Shown here: piece by piece, positions 1 through 12,000 of the stretch
Layout: every line of letters begins with the position of its first letter
Numbering within the stretch: the first letter of the stretch is position 1
Notes under the pieces: model-generated
What the model saw: the letters and a program-made list of their open reading frames with translations, nothing else
What the model was told of the DNA's origin: nothing
The model's database searches: none
Assembly (NCBI RefSeq): GCF_000143415.4
Contig: NW_003314278.1
Coordinates: 636,371 to 700,370 of the forward strand
Direction: 5' to 3'
DNA: 64,000 nt
Source: Selaginella moellendorffii
Taxonomy: Eukaryota; Plantae; Lycopodiophyta
Made by a program: the position numbers and the translations under genes

Positions 1-1
1 G

Positions 2-2340
2 ATGGCGGAGAACTTGATAGACTTGACGTTCCGGTTGCAAGGGGAGAGCCTTAACAGTGTTGCTCTCGAGAAGAAGATCAAGGACATAGTTGCTAGGGAC
101 TCCGGCAAGCAAAGGAGGATCAATGCTCTCAGCGAAGAGATCGAGGACTTGAAGCGGGAGAGGAGCTCAGAGGTTGAGATGCTCAGGAGTGAGATCAGGA
201 TCAAGGCGGCCAGGCACAGAGAACAACTGGAGGAGGTGGCTGCGGAGAACGAGGCCCTGAGAGAAGAAAACTTGGAACTAGTGTCCACGATTTCGGCGCT
301 GGAGAAGGTGAACGAGGAAGTTTGCCATTTGATCGAAGCTCAGAAGGAAAGCATGGAGGCAATGGAGGGTCTCCAGTCACGTCTCGAGGAAGAGAGAACG
401 CAGCATGAACAGGAGATAAACATTCTTATGGATGTTTACGAGGGGCAAGTCGAGGACTTTTATAGTCACAGGAAGGTGGAACATGAAACGGAGATGGACA
501 AGGCTTCTCTCGGCACAGACGAGTCTGTTAGTATACCGGGTAGCGGAGAAAACACGATGTCTCAGCAACAGGTGGTGGACGAAATGACGAAAATGGCGAT
601 GCATGAACTAGAGAAGGAGATCATACTAGACTGCTTCACGGGCTTTTCTGAGGACATCAGGGACGCTGCGGACTTTGATCCGGGGAGGGCGCAAGGGACG
701 GACATGGCTCGCCAGGGATCTTTGGAATTCCAAAAGTATGTTCGGTACTGCAAATCTCGAAGTCGAGCACGACTTCCCAGTACGACATATGTTCCTGAAG
801 GGCTTATAGAACAACATCATCAGTACCAGATTGAATTGGACGTTCTTCTTGAATATTTTGTGAGGAAACTTCAGGAGCTTGCGAGCTCCGGTATTGGGAG
901 GTCCGACTCGATTAGTACCGAAGATGTTGGAGGTCAAACCGTTTCGCAGGTTGCCGATCTTCAAAGAGAAAACGCAAAGCTACGAAGGGAAAAGGAACAG
1001 GTTTTGGTAGAGAAGACGGAGGAAATGTTCAGGTTGAAGCGGGATTTCTTCAAGGAGCTTGATAAACTGAAGCTGGAAGGCGGCCAGTACGAGTTTGGAA
1101 TCTTGAAGAAGCAATTTGCTGATAGCAGACAGAAGCTGGACAGGATTCTGGACAAAAGGCAAGGTGATTCTTGTCAACCATCCCCAAGCGCTTGCATCGA
1201 CGAGCACAGCGACACGGACAGTGTGTCGTCACGCAGTGAATCGTTTACGAATGACTACGGAAGATTCACGGAGGAGTTACCCGTTCTAGTTTCCGAGCTC
1301 CAAAATGATATTCAGCAGCTGATGCTGGACACTGGAATGGCCAAGCCAGATGACAGCACTCAAAGAACACAGTCAGATGTTCAGCACGACTTGAGTGTCT
1401 TGAGTATGGAATACGAATCTGCACTCAAAGCGCTAGAGGACGAGAAGCGTCAGAACTTCGCTTTCACGGTAGAACTTCAGGAGTTGGAACACAATATAAA
1501 TCTTTCGAACGGGGAGCTGGAAAGACTCTTGAAGCAAATAGAGATGGAGAAGCAAGCAAGGATGAACAAGGAAGGGGAGTTGCAGAACGTTAAGCAGGAC
1601 GCATGTCTGATCAAGCGGCAGTTAGACGTCGTGCTTGCTCAGCTAGAAACTGAAAGGGCTCACAAGACGCGCATAGGATCCGAGCTAGAACTTGCAACTC
1701 AACGGCTAGAATCACTACAGAAGGAGCTGAATGACGTGCTAAAAGTGAAGGCGGCAATAGCAGAAGATCACAAAAAACTACGTGGTGAAGTAAGCGCCCT
1801 TCATCGAGGAATTTTTGATACCCGCAACGATCTGCGACAATTCATCGAAAAAAATATGAAGACCGTAGCAGAGAATTTCGCGACTGTGGGACGAACACTT
1901 GAAGAAAATGATGCGAGGTTTGCCATTTCTATCTGTTACCACAGATTGACTTGCTGTGAAACGTGCAGAATCGCGAAGCTCAACAAGCGGATGGCGTCCT
2001 TGAGCAAGTACACGAAAGCGAAAGACGTTGATCGCAAACGGAAATTAAGCAACTACCTCAGAAATCTACGAAAGGCTGAGGAAGAGGTTGTGCTTTTTTG
2101 TGTTTTCCGTGAAGTTTATATGGAAACTTTGTAGGTGGACTTACTTGGTGACGAAAACGACTATCTTGTGAACTTGCTGGAAAGAGTTTTTGTAGCGCTG
2201 GAGCATTACTCCGCGGCTCTTCGACATTATCCTGGGGTAATTTCGTGTTTTGATGTTTCTCATTTTGATAGGGAATGTTTCAGATTGTCGATCTTTCGAA
2301 GCTGATAAAGGAGGAACTCGTGGCACGAGTAGAACACTAG
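2..2340 (+). CDS. WPP domain-associated protein (WAP)-like coiled-coil protein, possibly 5'-partial
   Basis: Long coiled-coil ORF from position 2. Three short GT-AG introns near the 3' end splice to give ...[55 protein letters not shown], which matches the conserved plant WAP C-terminus (EVDLLGDEV...ALDHYS..L.HYPG). TAG at 2338-2340. Confidence 0.75.
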
Positions 2341-2484
2341 CTACGCGAATATTCCGAGGTTTTGTTAAATAACAGACTGCTGACGTGGAACGCAAAGCTT
2401 TTGGCGTCTCGAAGCGCGGCAAAAGGTACTCAAAAGTTCAAGCGAAATGGGTTCTCAAATCTCTACTAGGTAGATTCTGCCAAA

Positions 2485-4287
2485 ATGTCAGAAGAGGCGG
2501 AGGAGGAACTGTCAACGGCAAGCGAGGAAGAGCTTTCATCTGTAGGAAATCCCGTTGAAGGTCCAAACCAAAAACATGTAAGCTGTTTGTGAGAGTTTTC
2601 CATTGTTTCTTTATTCATTTATCGTGATCATTATGCAGCTGAAGGTGGTTCATAAGAACTACAGGGTAATCGAGAAGAGCAGGCAATCCTATCACAATGA
2701 AAGCGAGAACATCCTGCGGAAGCAAGAGGCTTTGCTCGCCAGTCTTGAAACAGAGAATCGAGGGATTCGGGAGAAAATCGAGACGTATTACATTCCGGTG
2801 CTGCTACTTTCCACTACATGGCAGTTTATCTGTGATTGACGGGAAGAGCTTTTTTGGTTTTTAGGATGTCAGTCGGCAAGCAACCTCTCTGCAGTCCGAG
2901 GCCGACAAGTTCAGTCAGATGGTCATATTTGAAGCCAAAAGGCTGGAAGGGCTGGAAGGCTCTTTGCGAGAATCATATGCTGGCTTGAGGGAAGCGAAGA
3001 AAAACATGGGAGGTATTTTCAATGCGAGGGATAAGTACAAGCAAGCTGTGATACGAGTTGCGATTACCGAAAACCGGCTGCAAAAGGTGCCTTTTCAGCT
3101 ATATTATTATAGCGACCACTTGTTAATCTGGGATTTTTTGCTAGGCTGTTATCGACCTCAACGTGGTGAAAAAGCAAAACAAGCTTCTCCAGGCAAAGAT
3201 GCAGGAGCTCAGTGAGGAGAAAGAGTTTTATGAAAACGTGCGTAAGAACATGGAGGCGGAAGTTGCAACTATGGAGGTTGCAATCGAGGAATGCATAAAG
3301 CAAAGCAATCTCTTTTACGAGGAGAGAAACGACTTTGAGGAGCGGATCACAGGTTATACCTTTCCTTTCCGGCGGTTACTAAGTTTGATTCGATGTTTAG
3401 ATATCCACGAGATCGAGGCGGACATGCGAGCCTACGATTTGTGGAGAGAAACTGAAGGATGGGCTATAATGGATCCAGAGCCTTTGTCGAAAGTGGTCAA
3501 CCCAGCGGATCAATTTGTAAGATGATGGTACCTGTGATTGCTCGTCTCAAGTTTCTTATTACGCTCATGAGTTTTTTGTTGGTAGTTCAGGTGACTGGCC
3601 AGAGGGGTAAACCACCAAAGGAATGCAGCGAAGAACAGAGGATTTGGATCGAGCTTAAGGCCCTGGCAAACATCATGGATGTACTTGGTATCGACGATCC
3701 CAACGAAGTTGTCAACTCTGTTAAACAAGCTCAGCGGCAAAATAGTGAGTTTTATGATCTAGTGAACCAGCTCCTCCAGGTAGATCCGGCTCGAAGAAAG
3801 TACTTGCATGATCTAAAGAGCTTTCTTGTGTCTCAGGTGGTGAATGAGGTCGATGGCAAGCTAGAACAAACCCAGGTGAAGATCAACGTGAACCAGACGT
3901 CACGCACGGCATTGATAAACCGCAAAGTCGACATGGAATCAACACTGGAGGGGATTCTCGACCTGTTGAAGGACCTTAATCTCGACGACGAGGAGCTTCT
4001 TCCGATTATAAGGGAGATGAGGAAGCAGCTCGGAGCTGTGTTCAAAGAAGCTGGTGTGTTTTTCTCTCCTTTTTCTTGGTTTCTAGATCTCTTTCTTCGT
4101 TTGAGAGCTAATGTTTTGGTGGATCTTAGGATGCAATGTGGAGGACGAAGAAATGGATTACTCGCAAGACTCGGTGGCGACGATCACGTACAAATCGGGT
4201 AGAGCACAGCCGCTGGAAGTTGCGATCGTCGAGTTCTTCGTCACCATCGAGCATTTCATCGATCAGTTGTCAGGAACTCTGCGTTAA
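2485..4287 (+). CDS. CCDC63/CCDC114 (ODAD1; Chlamydomonas DC2/ODA1 or ODA5)-family coiled-coil protein, multi-exon
   Basis: ATG at 2485 and short GT-AG introns. Spliced peptide includes NYRVIEKSRQSYHNESENILRKQ, KKNMGGIFNARDKYKQAVIRVAITENRLQK and KQNKLLQAKMQELSEEKEFYENVRKNMEAEV...IKQSNLFYEER, collinear with the recalled DC2/CCDC114 motifs (RRNMGGVF..., IKLLENRLEK, NKQLRE.I.NLRRER..FE). Predicted TAA at 4285-4287. Confidence 0.6.
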
Positions 4288-4995
4288 AATCAATGCGCTC
4301 GTCAAGACTTTCTTAACTTGCACAACAAAGATTTCATGACTGACCGTGATCCACCGTAAAGAAAATTTCTTGTGGGTGGCTTATCTTAGATGCGTTGGTT
4401 GGATTGATTAAAAGGTGGAGAGATTTTAGGGCTCCTCCAGTTTGAATTTTTGAAGTTCCTTGACGGGTGGGCGCGTAAATGGCGACGGGCTCTGGAATTG
4501 CTGTGAGTGATATTAAGAGGCTCAGGTGGAAAACCTAAATGAGATGGAGAAGCGTGCCCAAGGACAACAGGGGCAATAAGGATCCCTTCGCTCGCCCATT
4601 GCGTCGCGATCCCATCCCTGCTGCGCGCGCCGTCACGTTTTACTTGCGGTAGATGATCTTCCGTTCCCCTTTGTAAGTGTGTCTGTTTGTTCTTGGATTT
4701 CTTGAAATCTCGAGTCTCTTTCTTGCTTGCGATCGAAGCTTTTGTCTCATTGCGGGATATATATTTCTCTCTAGGCGGAGCTGATCGACGCAAGGGAGCT
4801 TCGTTTCGTAATCTGGCCGATACCTCGCTCCTGGTGAGTGAAATCGTGGGAATGTGAGGCCTCGGTGTGATATGTCGATCGTTTCTCTCCAGATTGAGCT
4901 TCTGAGAGGAGCTTCTCTTCGATCCCTGACACAAGAAGATGCTAATCGGCAGCTATCTTAGCGCACAATGGCGATGAAAGCCCTGCCCTGCTGCC

Positions 4996-7443
4996 ATGGA
5001 TCGCGATCATCATCCATCAAGAGATTTCCAGCACGAGGAAGCACCTTTCTTTGGATCCTCAGAGATGGAGGTCACTGAATCGAATCCTACACCTATCTCT
5101 GGAGCTGAGGTGTTCGTGGAGCTAGCATCGCGACGCAGTGCTAGCGAGATCGAAGGCAAGGAAAATGGCATCGCTTCGTCGGCTCAAAGCTCCTCGGAGA
5201 GGACACACACGACGCCAGTCCAGGGGAAGATTGCGATCAGCAAGCCCGCGCGGCTGGGAGAACTTCTCAATAAGTTACGCAAGCTACAGCAAGAGGAAGA
5301 AGAGAGCCTGGATAAAGAGAAGGAGAACGAGAACGCAAGAGGTATCATCACCGGGTCAGTGCCTCGCATAGCATCAGCGCATCAAGTGGTAGATCTGGAC
5401 GGGCTATGGAACTCCATCGACAAGTCGAAGCCGCTCATCCTGTTGCAGTTTTCGGACCTCACGTACACGGTCTACGAAAAACGAAGATCGAGGTGGCCAT
5501 TTCGGACGACAAAGTCTTCCAGCTCCGCCATCCCGGAAGACAACCAAGCCAGGAACTTGCTGGAGAATGTCTCAGGAGAAGCAAGAGAAGGGGAGATCCT
5601 GGCAGTCATGGGTCCGAGCGGGTCAGGAAAGTCGACACTTATCGACGCCTTGGCGCTGAGGATTGCGAAAGGAAGCTTGAAAGGCAGCATCACGCTGAAC
5701 GGGGAGGAAGTCGGTACCAGGCTCTTGAGGAGCATCTCGGCGTACGTGATGCAGGATGACTTGCTCTTCCCGATGCTGACGGTTCAGGAGACGCTCATGT
5801 TCTCCGCGAACGTGAGGCTGCCTCAAACACACTCACGGCAGAAGAAGGTCGAGAGAGTGAAGATGTTGCTCGAGCAGCTAGGACTCCAGCGTGTCGCCAA
5901 CACCATGATCGGCGATGAAGGCAGGAGGGGTGTTTCCGGAGGGGAGAGGCGGAGAGTTTCCATTGGAATCGACATCATCCACGACCCGCTGCTGCTCTTC
6001 TTGGACGAGCCTACGTCGGGGCTCGACTCAACGAGCGCCTACATGGTGGTCAGGACACTCCAGAAGATCGCACAGACGGGAAGCGTTGTGATACTGTCGA
6101 TCCATCAGCCAAGCTACAGGATCATGGGGCTGGTTGATCGACTCATATTCCTCGCTCACGGGCAGACGGTATACAATGGACCACCTTCGGAACTCGGCTC
6201 GTACTTCACGGCTTACGGAAGATCGGTGCCTGAGCACGAGAACAGCACCGAGTTTGCGCTGGATCTTATTCAAGAGTTGCATTCCTCGCCAGGAGGAATC
6301 AAGCCTCTCGTCGAGTTTTCGAAGCTCTGGACGTCCAAAGAGCTCAGGCCGGAGGAGATGCTGCTGTCCGCGCCGGCTGTAGACGTGAAAACGGCCATAA
6401 GCGTCAGCATTTCCAGGGGAAAACTGGTCGCAGCAAGGGCCCAGGCACACGATTGTGGCGACAGGTGCAACGGAGCAAAGGTGGCGAGGTTTGCGAATCC
6501 TTGTTGGGTTGAAATGCTCGTCATCATCAAGCGCTCCTTGATCAACATCAGGCGGACTCCGGAGCTCTTTCTCATGCGGCTGGGCACAGTTATCCTCACT
6601 GCCGGTCTGCTGGCAACGATCTTCTGGAACTTGGACCACAGCCCGAAAGGTGTCCAGGAGCGCTTGGGCTTTCTTGCTTTCGCCATCTCTACGACCTTCT
6701 ACACCTGCGCCGACGCTCTGCCGGTCTTTCTCCAGGAGAGGTACATTTTTATGCGAGAGACTGCTCACAGCGCTTACAGGAAGTCGTCGTATGTGCTCGC
6801 AAACGCGATCATCTACGTACCTTTCCTCGGCTTGCTCTCCATCGCATTTGCGGCGACGATATGGTGGACAGTGGGACTGAGTGGTGGAGCGCCGGGTTTC
6901 CTCTTCATGTTCCTCATTCTCTGGGCATCGTTCTGGGCGGGCAACTCCTTCGTCACTTTTCTCTCCGCGGTGATTCCCAACGTTATGCTCGGCTACACCG
7001 TGGTCGTGGCGCTGCTCGCCTATTTTCTACTGCTCAGCGGCTTCTTCATCTCCAGAGAACGCATTCCCAGGTACTGGATCTGGTTTCACTACCTCTCCAT
7101 CATCAAGTACCCGTACGAAGCTGTTCTCATCAACGAGTTTTCTCGAGACGGGGCTTGCTTCGAGACAGGGAAGCAGATACTGTACGGCACTCCTCTTCAA
7201 GACGTGAACGAGACAGCAGTGAAGATGATGCTGGCTATTGTGAGGAGTGCTCTTCAAGGCACCTCCTATGGCGACATCGACGAAGACACCTGTGTGATGA
7301 ATGGGAGCGACGTTTTGCACCGGTTTTACATAACGCAGCTGGGGCGGTGGACGTGCCTGGGAGTTACGATTGGATTTGGCGTCCTGTTTCGGTTCCTTTT
7401 CTACGTTGCTCTTCGTCGAACCGGTGCTACCAAAAGACAATAA
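4996..7443 (+). CDS. Half-size ABCG (WBC) transporter, ABCG1/2/6/16/20-like clade, intronless
   Basis: 815-aa ORF with Walker A GPSGSGKST, signature VSGGERRRVSIG, Walker B LLFLDEPTSGLD and an NBD-then-TMD order. TTFYTCADALPVFLQERYIFMRETA and YWIWFHYLSIIKYPYEAVL are typical of this clade rather than STR/STR2. Confidence 0.93.
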   Translation: MDRDHHPSRDFQHEEAPFFGSSEMEVTESNPTPISGAEVFVELASRRSASEIEGKENGIASSAQSSSERTHTTPVQGKIAISKPARLGELLNKLRKLQQEEEESLDKEKENENARGIITGSVPRIASAHQVVDLDGLWNSIDKSKPLILLQFSDLTYTVYEKRRSRWPFRTTKSSSSAIPEDNQARNLLENVSGEAREGEILAVMGPSGSGKSTLIDALALRIAKGSLKGSITLNGEEVGTRLLRSISAYVMQDDLLFPMLTVQETLMFSANVRLPQTHSRQKKVERVKMLLEQLGLQRVANTMIGDEGRRGVSGGERRRVSIGIDIIHDPLLLFLDEPTSGLDSTSAYMVVRTLQKIAQTGSVVILSIHQPSYRIMGLVDRLIFLAHGQTVYNGPPSELGSYFTAYGRSVPEHENSTEFALDLIQELHSSPGGIKPLVEFSKLWTSKELRPEEMLLSAPAVDVKTAISVSISRGKLVAARAQAHDCGDRCNGAKVARFANPCWVEMLVIIKRSLINIRRTPELFLMRLGTVILTAGLLATIFWNLDHSPKGVQERLGFLAFAISTTFYTCADALPVFLQERYIFMRETAHSAYRKSSYVLANAIIYVPFLGLLSIAFAATIWWTVGLSGGAPGFLFMFLILWASFWAGNSFVTFLSAVIPNVMLGYTVVVALLAYFLLLSGFFISRERIPRYWIWFHYLSIIKYPYEAVLINEFSRDGACFETGKQILYGTPLQDVNETAVKMMLAIVRSALQGTSYGDIDEDTCVMNGSDVLHRFYITQLGRWTCLGVTIGFGVLFRFLFYVALRRTGATKRQ

Positions 7444-7587
7444 GCTCGCTGTAGCTACACCCAGGTAAAGTAATTCTTTCTTTGCTCGAGCTTGAATTGT
7501 TTCTTTCTTGTTTGCTAGCTCTATCTGACTTTATGTTCCATTTTTTCTTTTTCCAGAAAATGTGTTTGTCTAGCTCTAAAAGTCCTG

Positions 7588-8766
7588 CTATTGCTGCTCG
7601 TGTTGGTATTTGCAGCTTGGTTTCTTCATGTCGTCGCCGTTTGCTCCCAGCTGGTCGATTTGAATGTTGCATAGTGCATTGTTATACATTGTCTTGGTAG
7701 TGTTCTCCTCGGTGCTGTTGTCACTGCTGCTGTTTCTATAGATCGCGTAGAGGCTGAGTTGAGCGATGCCCGAGAGACAACCAAGTCCGTTTGGTATCTA
7801 ACAACAACAATTTGTTTTTTGGTTTCAGATTCTCAAGTAACATCGAAAAACTACAAAAAAAAAAAAAAAAAAAGAGGGAAGGAAGAACACTTACAGCAAT
7901 GAAGATATCCCGAGTTACAACGGCATAGAAGGTCCACACCAAGCTGTTGAGGAAAACGAAGAGCGACAATAGAAACGGCATGTACTGGACGCTTCTGGTT
8001 TGGATCACTCGCTTCTACGCAAGCCAGCAACAAGGACACGGTTAGAAGGAAAGATGAGAGACTCTGCGTCGTCACCATGACAGTCAGTGGAGAGATGTAC
8101 ATCGCAATGGCCACCGCGACGCAGACGGATCCGACCACGGTTATTCTCTCGTCGTGGGTGTCAGCAAGCTTGACCGTGGTGAGCGTGATCAGTCCAAATG
8201 CTACAGCCACGGCACCCAGCATCTTCAGCACCTTCACCTGCAGTACAGATTTTCACCGAGAAGTTTAGACCGGGTCCGGAAACGCGAAGAAGGGATTCCA
8301 ACCAAGGTGGTCCTCGGAAAGTTGCAAGTATACCATCTTGGCTCTGGTGGCATAGGAGAGGTAGAGGGCGGTGTAGACGAGCTCGATCGCGCAGCCGGCG
8401 GCGTTGATGGTGATGATGAGCATGCTGTGCGGCTTCACGAACGGCATGCCGTAGAGGATCCACAGCATGCAGTTGAAGAGCGTGCAAACGTACGGCAGGC
8501 CCGAGTACTCCTGCGTGGATTTGCTCCGGACGATCTCCCAGAACGTTGGCCTGCGAAGATAGATCCAAGTTTCCACTCTCAGGTTTGCTTGATCTCTGGA
8601 AGTTTTTGATGATCTGATGGATGATACTTACAGTGGTGCTCCAAACAAAGCAACAGCAGTGGCATTTCCTGAGAGGGAGAGAGATGGATATAGTGGAATC
8701 CTCAGAGCTAAGTTTGTGAGTTTACTTACCGAGAATGCCCAGTAGGATCTTCATGTTGAGTCCCAT
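7588..8766 (-). CDS. SWEET (MtN3/saliva) sugar transporter, 6 exons
   Basis: Spliced peptide MGLNMKILLGILG/NATAVALFGAPL/PTFWEIVRSKSTQEYSGLPYVCTLFNCMLWILYG.../MYISPLTVM/KRVIQTRSVQYMPFLLSLFVFLN.../IPNGLGCLSGIAQLSLYAIY gives two MtN3 repeats with the canonical SWEET exon layout. Confidence 0.92.
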
Positions 8767-9083
8767 GATGGTTTGTTCGTCGTTCGTTTTTTCTCGTTTT
8801 CCTTTGTTCGTTGCTTTGGATCGATGGATATCGATCGATTAGAACTCGAGCGAAGTTATCATCGCTTATATATTCCTTTGATTGCTTTTCTTTACGTGAG
8901 GCACTGGGTGTGCAACGCTCATAAAAAAGGTTTAACGCTTCCGTGATTCTATCAACTAGAACTTGTAAATCTGTCCATCGCATTCCAGGACAAAACCATT
9001 ATCAATTTAACGGAGGCGAAGAACCCTAACTTTCAAATTTACTTTGCCGCCAAGGAACAGTTAAAGTTTCGGTTTTAAACTGG

Positions 9084-12000
9084 ATGGAAATGGCGGTAAA
9101 ATGGATTCTCCTCTTTCTTTTGCAAGCGCTGTTATGGAATCCATCCATCAACATGACGACCATCTCCAAGAGCGATCTTGATGTGTGCGTCAACACGGGC
9201 GATCCCAATGCCATCCAGTGCAAGAAGAAGATCTTGGTCACGGTCGCGATTCCATCGGGCGATGTAAGCTCCAAATTTCTAGCTAGGGTTCTGGAAATTT
9301 TGCCCTTGGCTCTTCCAGGGGGGTAATGGCGAGGCGCTCATCGCCGAGGTCAAGGATCCGACGAGCCGCGACGGCAAGCAAGTGCTGGAGAAATCCATTT
9401 CCGTGAACATCGCCAAGACGGACAGCATTGTCAAGTACGCGCTCGAGTACCTGAAGGTGAGGCCTTGCATTTCTTTACTTTTGGCTCTTTTTCTTCCTCT
9501 CGAAGAGCTCTAGTGCGAGAAGAGATTGGATGAATAGAATGTTGCAGGTGATCTAAATGAGCGCGTCATCAAGAAGAAGAAAGGCTGCAACACCAAGCTC
9601 AACGATAAAGCAACCTGTGGAGTGTAAGAACTATCCTTTCAGATTTTCGGGTAGATCCATTTGTGACACTGACTCTTTTCCTGTGTGATCTTCTCCATAC
9701 AGACTGGGCGATTCAAAGGGAAACGTTGTACCAGGAAGCTCAGTAAGTTTCGTTTGGAGTTTTTTCTGTCCTTTGATTTTTCAGCCTTGCCTTTTGCAGG
9801 GCTTTTGCTGTACATGCAAGCCACTCAAACAAATCAAACACTTTCGAGGAATGCCCAAGCCTGGTCATTGCGGTATAAGTGACGCTGGCTATGCATTTTG
9901 CCTTCGCTTCGGCCAAATGTGGTGAGTTCTTCTCCCTCTGTTGGTGTTATTTTTCTTTTGCTGCGTGATAACGCACCAAGGCTTCTGTAGGTGTGTCATG
10001 TTTCGCATCCGAACTGGTACCATTAGTTTCGAAATAACAATCACACTCACGGATCAAAACGGGAACAAGGCGAGTTCACGGATAATAGGTTTCGTCTTGA
10101 GGCTCACACTTCTCGTGCCAGGAATTTGTCCGTCTGAGTCCCTCTGCGATGTCCGCGATTAATGGTCCCAGGACCTTTATTGCCTACCTTATTGGAGATC
10201 TGGGATCTTACACACAAATCCCGGTTTTGGATGGAAGGTATCTCTTCGTACCAAGGGTACGTATACATATCAGGTTTGCAAGTCTTGCTAGTTTCTCACG
10301 TGTAATGCTCGTCCAGGCTGAGAAACCAGACGGTAACTGGCAACAGTTTACAAGGGTAGAGAAGCGTCCTCGATGCATTCATAGTTTTTCGTGAAGACTA
10401 AACTTGTGAGCAGGGCAGTCCAAGGGCGGATGGCAGATTGTGGATGCTCGTAGATGAGGCTAGAGTCACGTTAACTGGATCAGCATGCGACAAGATTGGA
10501 CTCTCTTGCCTGGGTTATGCTCAGCAGCCGAGAACTTGCGACGGGGCTTTGGGGATGTGCATCGGTGAACAGCTTATCGATTTCATCAAAGTACGTGCTT
10601 CTCTAACTTTGTTTTCTTTTTTAATCCTATGTGAGCTTTTAGGAAGACTTGGCAGCTTTAGGCAAGGGTCGGCTTGCCATCCATGGTCTGTTTCGATATG
10701 GATCATACAGGGTAAGCGAATTACACACACGCTACTGTTGCATATACAGTTTGAACTGCAGAGCTTGGTACCAGATGCGCTCCAAATTGCTGTCAGCCCA
10801 ACAAATTCGCTGATAACCATCGAGATTGCTGCTGATAACGTGTCATTCCGGAGAAACAAGTTCGTTCGCTCATCCTTCTTTCCTTCCAATTTTTCAAGAT
10901 GAAAATTGTGCTGTGAAGTTTATTGGTTGCAGGAGTACTGGAAAAATTGTCAAGGTTGAGGTGCCGCCTTTTGAGGCAATGTCCACCGGCGGGACTCTGA
11001 CGCTTACAGTGGTGAATGACGGATCACTGGAGGCGTCCTATGGCGTGTATGTGAGTACTTGCTTTAGAAGCTGCACGGCGAGGCTTTTAACTCTGGTCTC
11101 TTCTGTAGGTGGAATGTTCGGCAAACATCAATCCTTTGGAGGTAAAGAAGTTTCTCTTCTCTCACAAACTTCCACCGTTCTCTGTTTCCTGATTAGCATT
11201 TTGATGCAGGGAAAAAGGGTTTCCATGATACCCAATGTTCCTCAAACTTTTTTATATACATTGATAACGAGGAGCACAGATGCAACGAAAAACTCCTGCA
11301 TCGGTATTGCATTCAGTCTCTTTATTTTCAATCTGTTTGTTTCTTGCTCTGCAGTGACACTCCGTGATTCCGAAGGAGAAAACTGCGATGTCAAGGAGGC
11401 CAAGTTCTCCACCACCGCTACCGTTTTCAATAACGGCTCGCAAGTGGTATGTGTGCACAGTGATCCACCACTTTTTTTCATGAATTGATTTTGTGGCTTG
11501 TAACCAGGGTGGAGTTCAAATAGCAGGGTCAAAAAACGATACATTCGCGAAAGGACTAGGTGGTTTGGGTTTCTTTGGAAAGATTGGAGCGGGAATCAAA
11601 GGAATTGCCAAGGGCGCGTTCAATGTCGTGACATCTCCCTTCAGGAAAATGTTTGGTCTCTTCAACAATCTGCTCGGCAAATGCGAGTAAGCAAACCATT
11701 CATTCATTTAGCGTTCGTTCTTGTATAACTTTTCCATGCAGCAACTGCCCTGGAGCGTTCGACATTGGATGCTTCATTGCTCACTTTTGTGTCAAGAAGA
11801 TCCTCTTCTTTGTAGGAGGCATTGTGGCTGCAGCACTGGGTAAAGTTCCGAGTTGATCACACAGTTCTCCGGATCTCACTCGGAATTTCTTGCAGCTTTC
11901 TATGTTCTACTTTTGCTTCAGGGCATGGGGATCTTGACACCACTCTGTGGCTGCTGCTGCTTGCCTCTAAAGATCATGCTCTCAGTGCGTCCATCGCTCG

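Noticed and set aside
4996-7443. STR/STR2 mycorrhizal ABCG
   Set aside because: The TMD motif TTFYTCADALPVFLQER fits the ABCG1/2/6/16/20 clade, not the STR-type FFSSNDAVP motif.
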